DNA of 47,136 bases, filler included, from Catajapyx aquilonaris (taxonomy: Eukaryota), in the NCBI GenBank assembly GCA_000934665.2. It is 2 parts of 2 records of this genome, joined end to end, with 100 filler letters (N's around TTAATTAATTAA, not from the genome) between each part and the next. Parts side by side here need not be neighbours in the genome. Positions count along the whole stretch, not along the records: positions 1 to 23,534 come from KZ539394.1; positions 23,635 to 47,136 come from JYFJ02005667.1. The stretch is one strand, 5' to 3'. The position numbers and the translations under genes were made by a program. Shown here one piece after another: positions 15,001 to 28,369 of the stretch. The notes under the pieces are model-generated. The model was given only the letters and a program-made list of their open reading frames with translations, was not told the origin of the DNA and did no database searches. The number at the start of each line of letters is the position of its first letter. Position 1 is the stretch's first letter.

Positions 15001-18000
15001 TGAAGGCAAAGATGGTATTTTTCGTATACTTTCGAACTTAATAACTTGCAATTTTATCGGAGAGCAATATCGCAAAATTGAGCTTCCAGGAATTTTTTTC
15101 CTCCCTCTTGTTTACTGTCACTGAAAATATCTGCTTAATTGAACACTGTAATGAGGTTTAGTACAGTGATGTCTTTGAAGTTGAAACACAAAGACTACAA
15201 AAAAATTGGGAGGAAAAAAATGGAGGAGTGGAATACACGTCCGCACGTGCGGAGTCTGTCCATCCCGATACCTTTATCCCTGACAGCACAAAGGCACGTC
15301 GTGGAAATACTTAAAGTGAGAAAATGATGATGATGGATTCCCTACTCGTGATGAATGCTCCTGGAGTTGGAATTTCCTCGTTTAAAGAATGACAAGCCCC
15401 TTTCTTACCTGCCGGACTCGTGCGAGGAGTAAATAATCCCATTTCGTCCTGTCTAGGGGCGTGTATTATCTCATAATTTTTAAAAGCTGGGTTTGGAAAA
15501 AAAATTACGAATATGATACCCCCGTATTAAGCTTCTATATAACAATCCTGGTGCAATGTTCGATAATAAAATATTTGAATTAAAAAAAAACACCTGGACG
15601 TTTGGCATCAGTCCCTTGAATTTTGATTGCCGCTCTGTCACTTTTTATTAATAGGCTCGTAAAATGGCTTTTGCATTGCAATCAAGGAGTCGACAGCAGG
15701 AATTAGTTAGGTTGGTAGACAAGGGGGCTCGAGCTAGGAAGGAATCCGGGTAGATCACCTCAGCCAGGTTGACGGGAGGACCTCCTTTAAAAAAACTCAT
15801 ATTGGAAGATATATGGATCTGCCGCCCACATTTTTTTTGCGCGTCTTACCTGGGCTGAAAAAAAATTTCAATAGATATCTGGCAAGGACAGCTACACCCC
15901 AAATTAAAGCAACGCCTAATTTTAGACTTTGGAATTGCCAAAATTAATCGTCTCCTCACTTGCACAGGTTATCTGGCTTTGGAGGAGAACTCACGGGAAG
16001 AATATCAATCATGCAAGGCTTGAATGAAGTGCTGCCATTCTTTTTTTTTTCTGGCAACTGGCGTAATGCTGATCGCCGGTGCCGAATCCCCGACAGGGCT
16101 TCATGCCCAAGTTTCTTTTGTCTGGGACGTCAAAGTCTACCTCCTGGCCTCCGCTCTGACAGCGGGACGCCTCCGAGAAGAAATGGACTTGAGAATTCCA
16201 ACCAATGTAGACAACAACAGATATAAAACCTCATCCGTCTTTAAAGATTCTCCGGATATTTTTTTTTTGTTTTTGCTTCTCTTGCAGCCTGCTGTTAATC
16301 ATAACCAATGGTCGGGGTGGAAAGAAGGAGAAGGATTAGAACCGGACTCTAAAGTTAATCATCGTCTTTGTCCTTTCACAAGATCAATAGATCGCTGCAA
16401 TGTGTGTTGGGTGTGCGAGGATTTTTTTAAAAGAAGGGTTCAACGTACTTTGTTGCCAAGGTGTGCCTGGAAGTACTGTGCACATTTTTAGGTACAGAAT
16501 CCGGCATTGTTGGAACACCTTGTAATACTTACGTCGCAACTGACTAACCTTCATTCTAAACATACCAACTCAAACCGAGCCAAGATAAATATTAGCACAC
16601 TTAATATAATTTGGGGACTTCCCTTGCATACCTTACGTCATACTTCAGCCTTGCAGTACGTGGTCAAGAATATTGTATAGTAGCAGTAATACGAGTAAAT
16701 TTTTGAAGCATTACATTTTCAGTTTGACAGGTGCATATAGTGTGCATTATCTCGAGGACTTCCATAAGCAGCAGTGGGCAGATGGGGGTAGAAGAAGGCA
16801 GGTAGGACCACCGCTGCGAACTCTTTACAACCTCGAGATCATTCGAGGAGAAGGAAAAATTGGCAGCGGAGTTACAAGACTGAAGGCTTGAAGCAATTTC
16901 GGGGCCTGTCACGACTAGCACGCGGCCAGTGCCAATCAAAGCAGCGTCTCCAAAAAGCTTAATTACTCATCTCTCAAGTACAATCCGTTTTTTAAAAATG
17001 TATTCGAGTCAAGGTTTCGCAGTCACCAAGCTACACCCTTACAAAAATTGAATATCACTGCGGAATGATTTCCCTCGCTTCATTGCAGCAGTTGTGAATA
17101 ATTCACCACCGAGTTACTGTTTGTTTTGATTTGCACTTGCCAACTAGTCTGCGGATACACACCGTTTCGACTCTTTTTTAGTATGTGTATACCACACTCC
17201 GTGTTAGATAATGGAACGACGTACCTGAAGATTGGCATCGACCTACTTGGCGGTTCGGCTTAATTGTGGACCTTTACGACCATCTATGGTATCCACTGCC
17301 TATCTCGCTCACTCATCTGGTGTATAGTGGGGTGGGAGGGGCCAAAAAATTCTTTTCGACACTTTTTTTTGGCGTAACGACGTCGAGACCAGCGGGGGTT
17401 GCTATTGTGCACATTTTAGTTACGACTACCGTGATTGCAAATATGAACCCTTTCGGGTCAACTTTGGTTTACGGCCTGTACTTTCTCCACCTGGATTTGT
17501 TGACACCCAGGTCACTCTTAATGAGGTTTGGGAAATGGTGGTATAATTGCTCATAATTTTCATATAAACTGAGTCTTCCGTGGGAGTGTGTTGGATGATG
17601 AAGTGTTCATAAAGAGTAAACAAAGTTGTGTGTCAGGTGACAAGAGCTGCAGTTTTTCAGCATTGAATCCATTGAATATATGTCTACTGATTGGAGGTGG
17701 GTGGAGAGGGAGGCGTTACGCAATAGCTCAATAAGAAATGAAGTGATTTATCACCAGCAAAGTGCATAATAAATTCACTCGAACCACGTTATCAGCAATC
17801 TGAATATGAAGGTGATTGGAAAAATATATTTTTTGACCTCTCACTTTTCTCAGCGGTATGTAAGTAGTGATTGTAGGACATACACCTTCGCACTATTTGG
17901 ATTTAGTAACGGTCGGTCAGGTGTTGTAATAGTCATTTTTTCTGAAAACAGCTGAAAATTTTAATTTCAAATTGACTAGTGGTTCAATGAAGGTATACTT

Positions 18001-21000
18001 AAATCAGATCAATATTCCACACAATTCAAACAATATTCCCACTATTACTGTGACATAAAATGTGCTGTACTGTACGCAATTAAAATGAAGCAAAAAACAC
18101 CTTCGGGACTTCCGTTATTTTCATGGCGATCTGCATACAGATTGTTTGATTTTAGTTTTAATTGTCATGTTCATGCTGGGATATGCTGTTACGATCTTAC
18201 GAACAATACTTTATTATTCAAGCATGTCTTCAAGACCAGTTTGAAGCTCGTAAATGCTCAGTTTTAATATTTTATTAGATGAACTGCTAATTACGGAAGC
18301 GAATAACAGAGCCTTGAGCTTTTGATTGTGAAAAATCTCAGATAAAGATTCAGCCATAGTGTCATGAAAAGTACTGTATAACAAAATGGCTGATAACCTT
18401 GGCTTTTATGTGGCCAATAGTCCTAATAGTCACGTAACCGATGACAGTTATTAGTTACTATAGAGTCCCGAATATCTTCCAACATTATTTGACCCTAGCG
18501 TGACACGTGAATCTGTGATTAAAGCGAGCTCATTAGCTTTGTCGGATTTGGGGCGCAAGAACCCATCGTCACCAATCAGGGACTGAAGAATTGATTACCC
18601 GCTCAATGATTGTGTAGGCTTCGGCACCAATACAACCGAGCAACATTTGGAGCCCAGTTCCCATATTGGGGGGCGTCTTTTAGATTCTGCCACCGCTGCA
18701 CAATAGCCCCTTGAAATTTATGGGGCCGTAACTCCTCGGGGACTCGCAAGAGCGTGTGGCGCCCAACACATACAGGTTATCGGTACAATGATAAAAAGGT
18801 GTGTGTGTATATACACAATGCAGGGGGTGAAAAATAAATATCTGGAAAAATAAGAAATTTTTTAGCTGTGTTTTTTTGTTGCTACGGTGCTGTAAGTGAG
18901 TGGTTTAAAATTGTAGGCGAATCGTGTGGTTTAGAGCTGTGGTCGACTGGGGAAATAAACCTTTCAGCCAGTGGCAATGATGCTGGGGTAAGCATTTCTG
19001 TTGGCCGATTTGGACCACTGCGGGAGACCAGGGGGGTCGAAAAATGTTTGTTTTCACAGATTTTATCTCCACCTGCACAGATCGCTAAATGGAGAAAATA
19101 AGTGCCAAACGCTGTGGAAAGCATTCGGGTTATGATCAGGTTGCAGAAAATGAAATGAACGAACAATATTGGCCAGGAGTAAATTTTCCTGTCCTGCAGA
19201 CAATACCACAGTATTGTTGATCTGAGAGTTTTAGATTTTAATGGAATTTAGGCTGCAAATGGGACCCAATCCTAGACAATGGAACGACCTTTCGACCTGT
19301 TATCTGAAGCCAAAATTTATTGGAAAAGCCTGTCCCATTCTGTATGTCAACTGGATTCAAATCAAGTCCTGTAATCGCCTAATGAAGTCGTCATGTCTCA
19401 TTACCTGGGTGATATGAAACTCACGTTTTTTTGGTGTTTTCCAAAAGCCTCGTGTGTGATTAAGGCATCTGTACACCCTAACTGACGCTAACGAATGTAA
19501 TGAACGCTACCAAATACAACCATATTTTCAAACAGGGTGCAAGTCCTGCCGCCTCAATCTTACGCTGATGGGAATCACTTCGGAGTATATGCTTAAAAAA
19601 AAAAGAACGCGAATAAGAATCCGGACGTTACGGACTCGTTTTATGGCCCGATTCCTGTCGGATTGGATTTTAATTAGAGAGGCAAAAGCCCGAACTGTTG
19701 AACTCTGAGTACTATTCATCCGAGCCTAAGCGCGTTTTTCAGCGCCCGATGCAATTTCAAGTCGACGACATGGCAGCATCAGAGACACTTAATTTCGCTT
19801 ACAGGTAGTTATCGGCAATTAAGAGGCACCCGGCAATCTCCGGCTGCCCTTGTGGTTACTTTTATACCCATCCGACGTCGTTAAATGGGAAACTAATATG
19901 GCGTGTCCTTCTGGCGGAGTCGGAGGGACCGGTTCATAAATTCATATAAATGGAAGGCTGCTGTTGGCCGCCTGCAATCCAGACTTTTCAAAAAAGATGA
20001 GGAGTGATACTTTTATGTGGTGGAGATGAAGAAGAAAAAAAAGTGAACTTCTTGATGAGGTGTGTGGTAGGAGTTAGAGTTTGAACTGATCTTGTGCAGA
20101 TCCTTGTCAGCTGGAGCAAGCCACGAAGTGCTTTTTTTCTAATTGCCTCCATAAAGGTCCAATACTTTAAATTATGCTAATAACTAGTACGGACAAGTTT
20201 GAAGAAAAACCCACAGGCTGCCCTTTGGGGCTTGTAAATTTTTACGATCCAACCTCAGGGTAGGAAACCTTTAATTTCCCACAGTTATGCAGGAAATAGC
20301 AACAATAGCAAAAAATTGTATGCAAAGAGTTGACATGTCATGTGGCGTCCTCCGCCTTCAGAAGAAGTATAGTTCGTTCCCAAAAAATTCTTGTCGTGTT
20401 TGGACCTGTTACTACTTGTTCTGGTCTCGAAATTCAAGCCTCTCGTTTACGCATTTTTCGTGAGGAATGTATCTTCTTCGTATAACCTCCCCCTCCTTAT
20501 AACTCCGAACAGTGCCAGCAAGTGGAGGAAAAGGGGAACCGTGGGAACGTCTGGTCTCTGAGGTCAATCGGAGGATGACTTTGGAGTTTTTTACCCCAAG
20601 AAGAATTTTTTTTCGAGACATGTGGAAGGTTGAAGGGGGGAGGCTGAAGCTTTTCATCATTACTTTTTTCAACTTTTTTTCCCCCTACTGGTTGCCAAGT
20701 GTTACTGAACCTGGAACACAGCGATTCAACAAGGGCTCTTGATTCAATTAATTCAAACCGTCCACATATGATTAGACCAGACTGGCAGAATACAATCATT
20801 TATTTAAGAGCACAAGTGATGGAGACATGTTTCACCCAGTAGGTTCTGTGGGGGCTGGAGGTTATAAATAAAATAAAATAAAATAAATAGCGGTCTATTC
20901 AGTGTATAGGAAATCTAATCCAAGATTTTAGCAGAAGTGTGGGCGTTGCTTTGGCAACCAATTACAAAGAGGATTACAATAATTTACTAAACATCCGTCT

Positions 21001-23534
21001 CATTATATTGATATTCAATCAAGGTTATTAATTAATGCTATATCAGCTCTTCCATCAAGATGGATTATGTTGAATTGCAACATCTATTAAATAATTGTAG
21101 ACATACGAGCGTATATATGTGACGTTTCTAGGCGTGCAAAGATAGGTTGCAACCATAGACGTAATTATATTGTACCTCGTTATCCCAACTGTATCTAACC
21201 GGAATTAGTACCTTCTCACATCAGCAAGAGTTACGACACACATTTGAGAACGAATCAGATACAACGTCCGTCAGTGTAAATCTTCCGCCCATCTGTTTTC
21301 TTGCATATGTAAATTGGATTTTTATTGTTTAATTTTTTTTGTGTGTGTGCACGTTAAAACAAAACAGGTGTATGCCATGCGATCATACAATGTTTTTCCT
21401 GTTTTGAAGCCCAAAGGAAGGAGAAGATTACCTCAGGGGGCCAAAGGTGATCGACACGTGCGCTTTTATACAAACTTCACCTGGCCCATTACGCACATGA
21501 GCACACACACACATGCTGCCACATATTATGCGGAGCTTCTCGGTTACGAAATGGATTCTCTCTAACCCGCCGAGAAAACGAGCCTCACTGCTTTATGACC
21601 TATTGTCATATTTAGAAGACTTATCAAAGTGGGAGACCCGGAGGTTTTTTCGAGACTTAACACCGTCTGCACAATAACTTTTTTAAGAGGGCTGGGTGAT
21701 TGTGGAATAATAAAAGAGCAGAAAAAAGAGAAGGAAGAACCCAGAGATGGGTCGAATGGTAGAGGAGGAAGGAAAAAAAGGGGCCAAAATGGAGAGCTGG
21801 GATGCGATTACAGAGGCAGGAAAAAGATAGCTTTGTCAAAGAAATGGTGGAGTCGGGAAGGAACTGATTGCAGGAAAGGCATGTGGAAGTCTACGGTTTT
21901 TTTTATATAGAGGGAAGCTTCCACTTTGGTCATTCTTCAAGAAATACTTTTTATTTTCCTCTTATTAATTCAAAGCAGGTTGCAGAACAAGGATTTGGGA
22001 ATGAGTAGGCGCTTCTCAGGGAGGTCGGAGCAAATTACAGACTGTTTTTGGGTCCTCCTCTTTGTCTACGAAGATGTTTGAATTATGCATGAATTTTACA
22101 AAGATTCTCGAGTACTCCGAAAAGTGTAATATCAATGTTTAATGAGAAAACAACCATAAAATTACCGGTCATCATCCCAGTGACTAGCCCTTCGCGAGTC
22201 ATAAGTGTGGCTAGGATATAAAGATTCATAATGTTATTACCCCCGTGAGAGCAAATAGTTGTAGTATTCGGCTTCAAAATTATTGCAAACTCTCAGCCAA
22301 TGGCAGTGCTGCATTTTTTTGTTTGATGCAAGACTGTCGCAACAATATAAATTTTACTGCAGGTAATACGGTGATTATTCGCCTCTGATTCGTCTTAAAT
22401 AACATAAAAATAAATTCCTCTTGTATTAAGGCCTTTGGGGTAAATAAATAAATAAATAAATATGAGACAATGTTACAATTAATTTTGTCATGTAGCTGTT
22501 TGCTTCTACTCACCTGCGACTGACTATTATAAACCTAGTATTCCGGTCAACTTGATTGGCATCTTAGTGCATTAGTAGAACTATCGCCATCCACATATCA
22601 TACCCTAGATGGCCCCTATCCATTTGTGCTACACGCTCGAGTGGCTTCGACAATAAGACGCGGCCCCATTTGCGAGATACGACCAAAGTCTCAAGAGCCA
22701 GGTGTGTATCCTAGTACACAAAGGGCGCACAATATATATTCTAGGACATTTGAGGGCAAAAGCAACGCCTTTTTTGAGCAACGGAAAAAAGGGGTTGACG
22801 GTTAGCGAAAAAAAAAGAAAAGTGTTTGCCAGCAGGAGCCTTATTCCCTTACAGGAAGTTATCTATCTGGATGCCAAGTTGTACCAGAGTGCATGGAAAA
22901 AGCCGAAGCATGTGAAAAAGACAGGCAGGAAACATGCGAGCAAGTGCGTAAAGGCCAACTGTGAAACACACACATGGAGATTTACCTTGTCAAAAATTGG
23001 AGGGTGTATGGGCCTAGAAATAGTTTTTCGGTAAGTCATTTATCCGGTGGATGATCCTTGAACGATTAATTTTCAAGGCGGTACAGGTATTCAAACATTC
23101 CATGATGGAGGTAAAGGACTTTCCTTTTAAAAAGAGCAGCAGGGAGGCGGGCTGGGTTTGAATTAAGAATAATTAGACTTTTGGACAAAAAGACTCGGGC
23201 CTCAAAAATTCCAGGGCGTAGATTGAGTCTGACCTCTCACCTGCTTCTCATCAATAAAAGGGGAGGGTGCCACGTGCATAAAAAAATATATGTATCGGAT
23301 GTGTGGAGTGTACACAAAAAAAAGTTTTTGTTGGTAAAAATAACCTGTGACGTGTGCGAATGAAGGAATACAGGCGGTTTTAGGGGGAACTTGAAAGGAA
23401 GTGGCTAATGGTAGGGTGGTTTTTGCCGTCAAAAAAATTTTTTTATAGAAAGGGAACCGCCAAAGAGACTGTCAATTTATGCGCATTTCAATAGTGGGAA
23501 GAGTGGCCCCTAGAGGGCATTTTCTGTGGACTAG

Positions 23535-23634
23535 NNNNNNNNNNNNNNNNNNNNNNNNNNNNNNNNNNNNNNNNNNNNTTAATTAATTAANNNNNNNNNN
23601 NNNNNNNNNNNNNNNNNNNNNNNNNNNNNNNNNN
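23535..23634. other. Artificial contig linker (44 N + TTAATTAATTAA + 44 N)
   Basis: Exactly 100 bp, symmetric; the central 12-mer gives stop codons in all six frames. Confidence 0.95.
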
Positions 23635-23705
23635 GGGCCAATGGGAAGAGGTGGCGGCAATAATACGGGGGCGGACCAATCGGAGGGCTCGGCGGCCGTC
23701 CGCAA
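23635..23705 (+). promoter_or_regulatory. Candidate Pol II promoter: two CCAAT boxes with a GC box between them
   Basis: GGCCAATGG (CCAAT 23638-23642), GGGGCGG (23668-23674), GACCAATCG (CCAAT 23676-23680), CpG-rich context. Direction of transcription is assumed. Confidence 0.45.
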
Positions 23706-23714
23706 GCATTTTAA

Positions 23715-23798
23715 TATTATAGATATATATATGTATATATATGTATGTATATATGTATATGTATATATATGTGTGTATATATATGTATATATATATGT

Positions 23799-23830
<32 letters not shown>

Positions 23831-23845
23831 GTGTATATATATATA
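23715..23845. repeat. (TA)n/(TATG)n microsatellite
   Basis: Direct reading. Confidence 0.95.
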
Positions 23846-23889
23846 CCCTGCCCTGTACACAGAAGGCACACAATCATTGAGTTAGTATT

Positions 23890-24292
23890 CGTTGTCTGTA
23901 CAGGTCCGATCGTATGATGAAGGGACCGGATATCTCGCTGTTGTCGAAGCTGGTATCTTGGTCCGTCACAAAGAAGCTGACCAGGTAAAGGGACTCCAAT
24001 TTTTGGCTGGCTTCCCTCACTGCTTGAAGCAGGCTGTTCGTGTCTCATGTCGGCCATTTTTCTTTAGCTCCAACCGCCTCATGCCGAGCAGCCATTCGGC
24101 GGCCTGGCTGCTGCTCAGCCCTGAGGCCTCACCGTCGAGCGGCGTGACGTGCTTCCACAGCGACGAATCCTTGGCCAGTTCTTCAAAGTATTTTCATACG
24201 AGCTCAACCTTTGTCATCAGATCTGCTTCTGCCAGATAGGAGAACACCCGTAGTATCATTTCCCAAGGCAGCCGCGAAAAGGTACCTAGGTC
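23890..24292 (-). pseudogene. F-box/LRR protein exon, disrupted
   Basis: After acceptor tttttttttcag: DLGTFSRLPWEMILRVFSYLAEADLMTKVELV*KYFEELAKDSSLWKH (F-box; TGA at 24194-24196 where Cys is usual), then frameshifted LRR-like [17 protein letters not shown]. Confidence 0.8.
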
Positions 24293-24315
24293 CTGAAAAA
24301 AAAAGAAGCTTATAG

Positions 24316-24720
24316 CTAGTGAACACCACGATGTGAGTCGAAGTTGCAAGTGCTAAGAAGATCCTTCGAACTCTCGCTGGCAGGCAAGTTGTTCCAAAAC
24401 ATCCTGCGGTTTACTGGCATTTTAGGGACCAATAGCTTGACAATGTCATCTTTCTTCCTTTTTGCGATTCCGCGTGGTGCTGTAACTGTTGATTGTGGAA
24501 TGACAAGTCCCGCCTTTTTCTTGATGAAGAGAACTTCTGCGTGGGCGTCCTCTGTGAATTTTTTTGTCTTGTACTGCATTCGCCAATTGAAGTCATTGAC
24601 TGGGTACAGATGTGGCTACAACAGATTTTTTTGTGTTGCAATGGGATGCATTATTTTGTGTACATTTTCGCTTTCCTTCGAGAAATTGGTGGTTGTGGAG
24701 GGCCATCATAGTGTCCTAGA
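24316..24720 (-). mobile_element. Sola-like (DUF7869-type) transposase C-terminal fragment
   Basis: PRGIAKRKKDDIVKLLVPKMPVNRRMFWNNLP resembles the K-K-x-D-I/L...P...F-W/Y-x-x-L C-terminus of this family. Confidence 0.55.
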
Positions 24721-26362
24721 ATCTGTGTTTGGACATTAAGGTACCATACCACGGCTGGTAACACATGGGGTCCTTTTTCCAAAAGTCGGCTATGTCCGTC
24801 TTCGGATTGTGGGCCGTGCTGATAACCTCCTCCAGTGTTTATTTCTCCACCAAAATCTGTTGTTGGAATATATGGAGAAGAGAACGATTAATGAGAGTGA
24901 AGGCGGGAGACATGAGACGCATTACCGGCACGTGAGGTCCCTGGGACGTCTTCTGCGTCGCTGACGTCATCCATCTGAGGGTCCCTGATTGTTGGGTTGT
25001 TCTGCTGCAGGCCCATTGAAGCGCTCCTTGGAGGCAGCTTTAACATGGTAAAATCATGAGAAAAGGTCATAAAAATATGACAATGACAAAATTACAGGTG
25101 GTTAAGACATCCACAAACGTGTCCTGTGGTGGTATAGCAGTAGAAGCAGCTGGGAGGGCTAAACAAGTTGGATTGTTTCTTCCATTGTGTGTCAATTAAG
25201 CAACTCACAATATTGCCCAATATGTGTTGCCAAACACAAATTTCACGTAATTATGGCACTTACCGGAAAGCCAAAATTGTTACTGATCAGTCTAACGATA
25301 TCTTCGCCCATCTATGTGATCAAACCCAATACAATATGACTTTTATATTGCGAGTAATAAAAAGTCACTTGAAATCATTTCATGAAAAGTTCGTCACACT
25401 TGATTTTACGGAATAACTTTAAAAAAAAAAACCCATGAACTCTTCAATCAATTTGAGCATTCAAAATGAGTAACATTTCCCTCCTCACACTTAATCGATG
25501 CTACTCTAAATTACTATCGATGGTATTTGAGCGAAGTAGCGTAAGAATGCTGTGTTCAAGCATCCGGTCATGAGGTGTCCCAGAAATTCCTAATGCAGAA
25601 AATCCCGAAAAAGGTATGAAAATATACATATCCCTCTCCCACCACCGCACCGGAAGGAAGTGACGCTTCTAAACCTGAGGGTTTTCCTGGATAAGTCGTT
25701 GCTTAACAGAGGTTATACAGTATAACAGGTCATCAGAGAGCAACGAACCCTATAACCCCCAGGACATCTCATTACTTCAACAATAAACTAAACCAACCAA
25801 CCCACCCATCCTATATCCTCCTCGGATTGGGGCTTTATATATACTAGACAAGAAGATTTGCAAGCACCTGTCAGCCTGCTTCGCTTCCATTTCAACTTGA
25901 CGGTGGTACCGTCCAGCTGGGGCGTTGCGTGAATGGTGCCAATGAACAGCGCCCCAACTGGGTCTCGCTGCACCTGGACTACGGTTTTGCCAAAGATGCT
26001 ATCCAACACCATTAGCTCTTCGGCTTGTAGACCTTTGTTGCCTGTCAAAGGAGGGTCAGCGACCTAAGGCTGCGAAGGAGTTGGTCAATGGTTTCGCAAT
26101 GTTTTTTTGCTTCTGGGACACTACTATAGGCATACACAGTATAACACTTACGCACTGTTCTCCCATATTCACAACCACAGTCACGTTAACTGCACCACTC
26201 TGATCTAAACTCAGTTTCCAAATACCAGTGAAGGAATGTGGTGATGCATTAAAGGGAAAGAGGGTAGGAGAGGATGGGGCACCTTGAGTCGGGTTTTGTC
26301 TTTTATTTTTTTAAATACAGAAATGCAAATATATTTTGCAGCTTGTTTATTTCCCATGATCC

Positions 26363-26483
26363 TGGTTATACTTTGGGAAGTACCCACTTCAAAAAGGCAT
26401 TATACTTCTTGGCAAAAGGGGTCTCGGAGGGAGTTGTACATAGATTCAGCAGCAACAGTCCTCTCCTAGCCAATGATTAGTAA
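26363..26483 (-). repeat. Diverged copy of part of the hAT fragment at 27193-27317
   Basis: Direct alignment: tggttatactttgggaagtacccacttcaaaaaggca...ctagccaatga shared. Confidence 0.9.
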
Positions 26484-26859
26484 GCCAATGGGTAGGTGCA
26501 TTCAGGTGAAACTCTACAAGACAGCTTGGCCAAAGGATGGAGACTGTTGCCACTTGAAGTCTCCACATACAAATGTCACTTGTAGAACCACCCTGTAGCA
26601 TCCAGATTTGTGACATTATTGCAATAAGCTTCAAGTGTGGTCAGCCAAATCCAGTTATCAGTTGCTCTGCTCGCTGTCATTACTCGTAGCATCCACTCGG
26701 GTTTGGCAGCTCATATCTGCACAACCTGTCAAAGACAAAAAGGACAACATTAAGATCCGGTGTCACGCAATTACCCAAGACAGGACAGAGTTAATTCATT
26801 AGAAACAGTATGGGAGAAAAGTAAGCTATGAATCGACACATCAGGTCCAAAAGACACGC

Positions 26860-27545
26860 ACGTACCTGCTGTGTAGGAACTCGTCGGTGAAATCGAACCG
26901 TTTCTGGATCCCTTTGCAAATGTTTATGAGGAAGGAAAGGCACTTTGTGTGGAAGTCGTCAGGAAAGATCGCGTCTAGCCATGACCTCGGGTACCTTCTT
27001 GAGCTCCGCGACTCCCACATCCTTTTATGTTTTCTACCCGTGTGAAATATTCTGAGCGATCTGGCTGAATGGCATTCAAGGGCGCTTTTGACACATAATC
27101 TTATGTCATATAGCAATTGAGGAGGTCCCTGAATCTTGTTTCCATAGGATCAGTAATGACGACTCGTTCTGCCTGAATGAGCGGATTCATCTTGGTTATA
27201 CTTTGGGAAGTACCCACTTCAAAAAGGCACAATACATCTTGGCAAAAGGGTCTCGGAGGGAGTTGTATAGTGCAGATTCAGCAGCAACAGTCCTCTCTCC
27301 TAGCCAATGATCAGTAAAGAACTGAAGCAGTGTGTCCCACTGCTCTATGGTTCTGTCAACGACAGCACATAGGGAGAGCCATCTGGTTTGTGAGGACTGA
27401 AGCATTCTGTGCACATCTACCTCATAAAACATTTGAAATTTCACAAACTGCATCTGCCGCTTGCAGCAGCTGCTAAAGTAACTGAAAATGTTGCGTGCGA
27501 GGTCTTCAATGTGCCTGGGCAAAGAAGCTTTGCATGCCTCCGCCT
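26860..27545 (-). mobile_element. hAT transposase fragment (degraded)
   Basis: EACK..LPRHIEDLARNIFSYFSSCCKRQ..MLQSSQTRWLSL..VVDRTIEQWDTLLQFF..FLKWVLPKV, continuing with frameshifts to KCLSFLINICKGIQKRFDF; TRW motif. Confidence 0.88.
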
Positions 27546-27833
27546 GATGTGCCTTGGCACTTGATCATTCACCTCATGTGGTCCATGTGGAGGAGTTCTC
27601 TGCCTAATGTTGAGAGGAATCCCCTCCTCTTCATGGCCCACCCATTAGCGTTACTGTAAATGATGTATGCGTTGTTCGCCGTCACATTCATGGTGTGATA
27701 GAAGATCACCATTGGCCAGCGCTGGGTCCGTCCCCCTACCTTCCAGTGCTGGCAGATCAGATTGTTGTTGTTTTTTCCTTCAAAATGACGAACAAGTTAT
27801 AAAAGTTCAAAAACTTTTAAAAAATACATTTCA

Positions 27834-28245
27834 TTACTTGCAATTTTCGCAAATGAAAGATATGCTGTTTTCATCAAGTCCAGTACAGAGTTCGTGGGCC
27901 CACAAGAAACACATTTGGCACTGGATCCATTGTTCTTCTGATCCTGAAGCTGAAAAACTTTCGTTGCAGTAGATGCACTGTACGTCTTCTTGTTCATCAT
28001 CATCATCATCAAATAACACTCTTCTTGGGTTAATTTTCCTGTGCTTGGTGTTTTTCTTTCTACCATTGTTTCCCTTCTCTTCTGCTGCTTTTCGTTTTTC
28101 AGCTGCTTTTCTCTCTTTTACTTCTTTTTCATCCTTTGCAGCCTCAAGTCCATTTTTATATGGACTTGCTGTCAATATCTCTGCAGAGCCTTTCTTTCGG
28201 CTATTCTGCGTTTTCTTGCTGTTAGGTCTATACGAGGCACAGGAA
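27834..28245 (-). mobile_element. pogo/Tigger-like (DDE_1) transposase C-terminus with PHD finger
   Basis: SAEILTASPYK, charged linker, then CIYC..WIQCQMCFLWAHELC..FICENCK* (C4HC3 PHD). Confidence 0.8.
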
Positions 28246-28369
28246 CAATGTCATTTGGGCTCGCTGAAAAAGAAGATCCCGGTTGTAGGTCTGTGACCGG
28301 TGTCGGCAGCAGCCGGAGGGGCAACTACAGCAGCGGGGACAGGTACAACAGCAGCATTCATCTGGGTCT

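Noticed and set aside
16720..16801. Possible plus-strand exon (ttttcag...CAG/GTAGG)
   Set aside because: Splice-like signals only; peptide unrecognisable and no partner exons.
20..23432. Short ORFs of the left half as genes
   Set aside because: No recognisable domains; many run through homopolymers or microsatellites (e.g. 886-1266 RERERE from the CT repeat).
23583..23880. YIYIY/IYTY ORFs
   Set aside because: Translations of the TA microsatellite and N gap.
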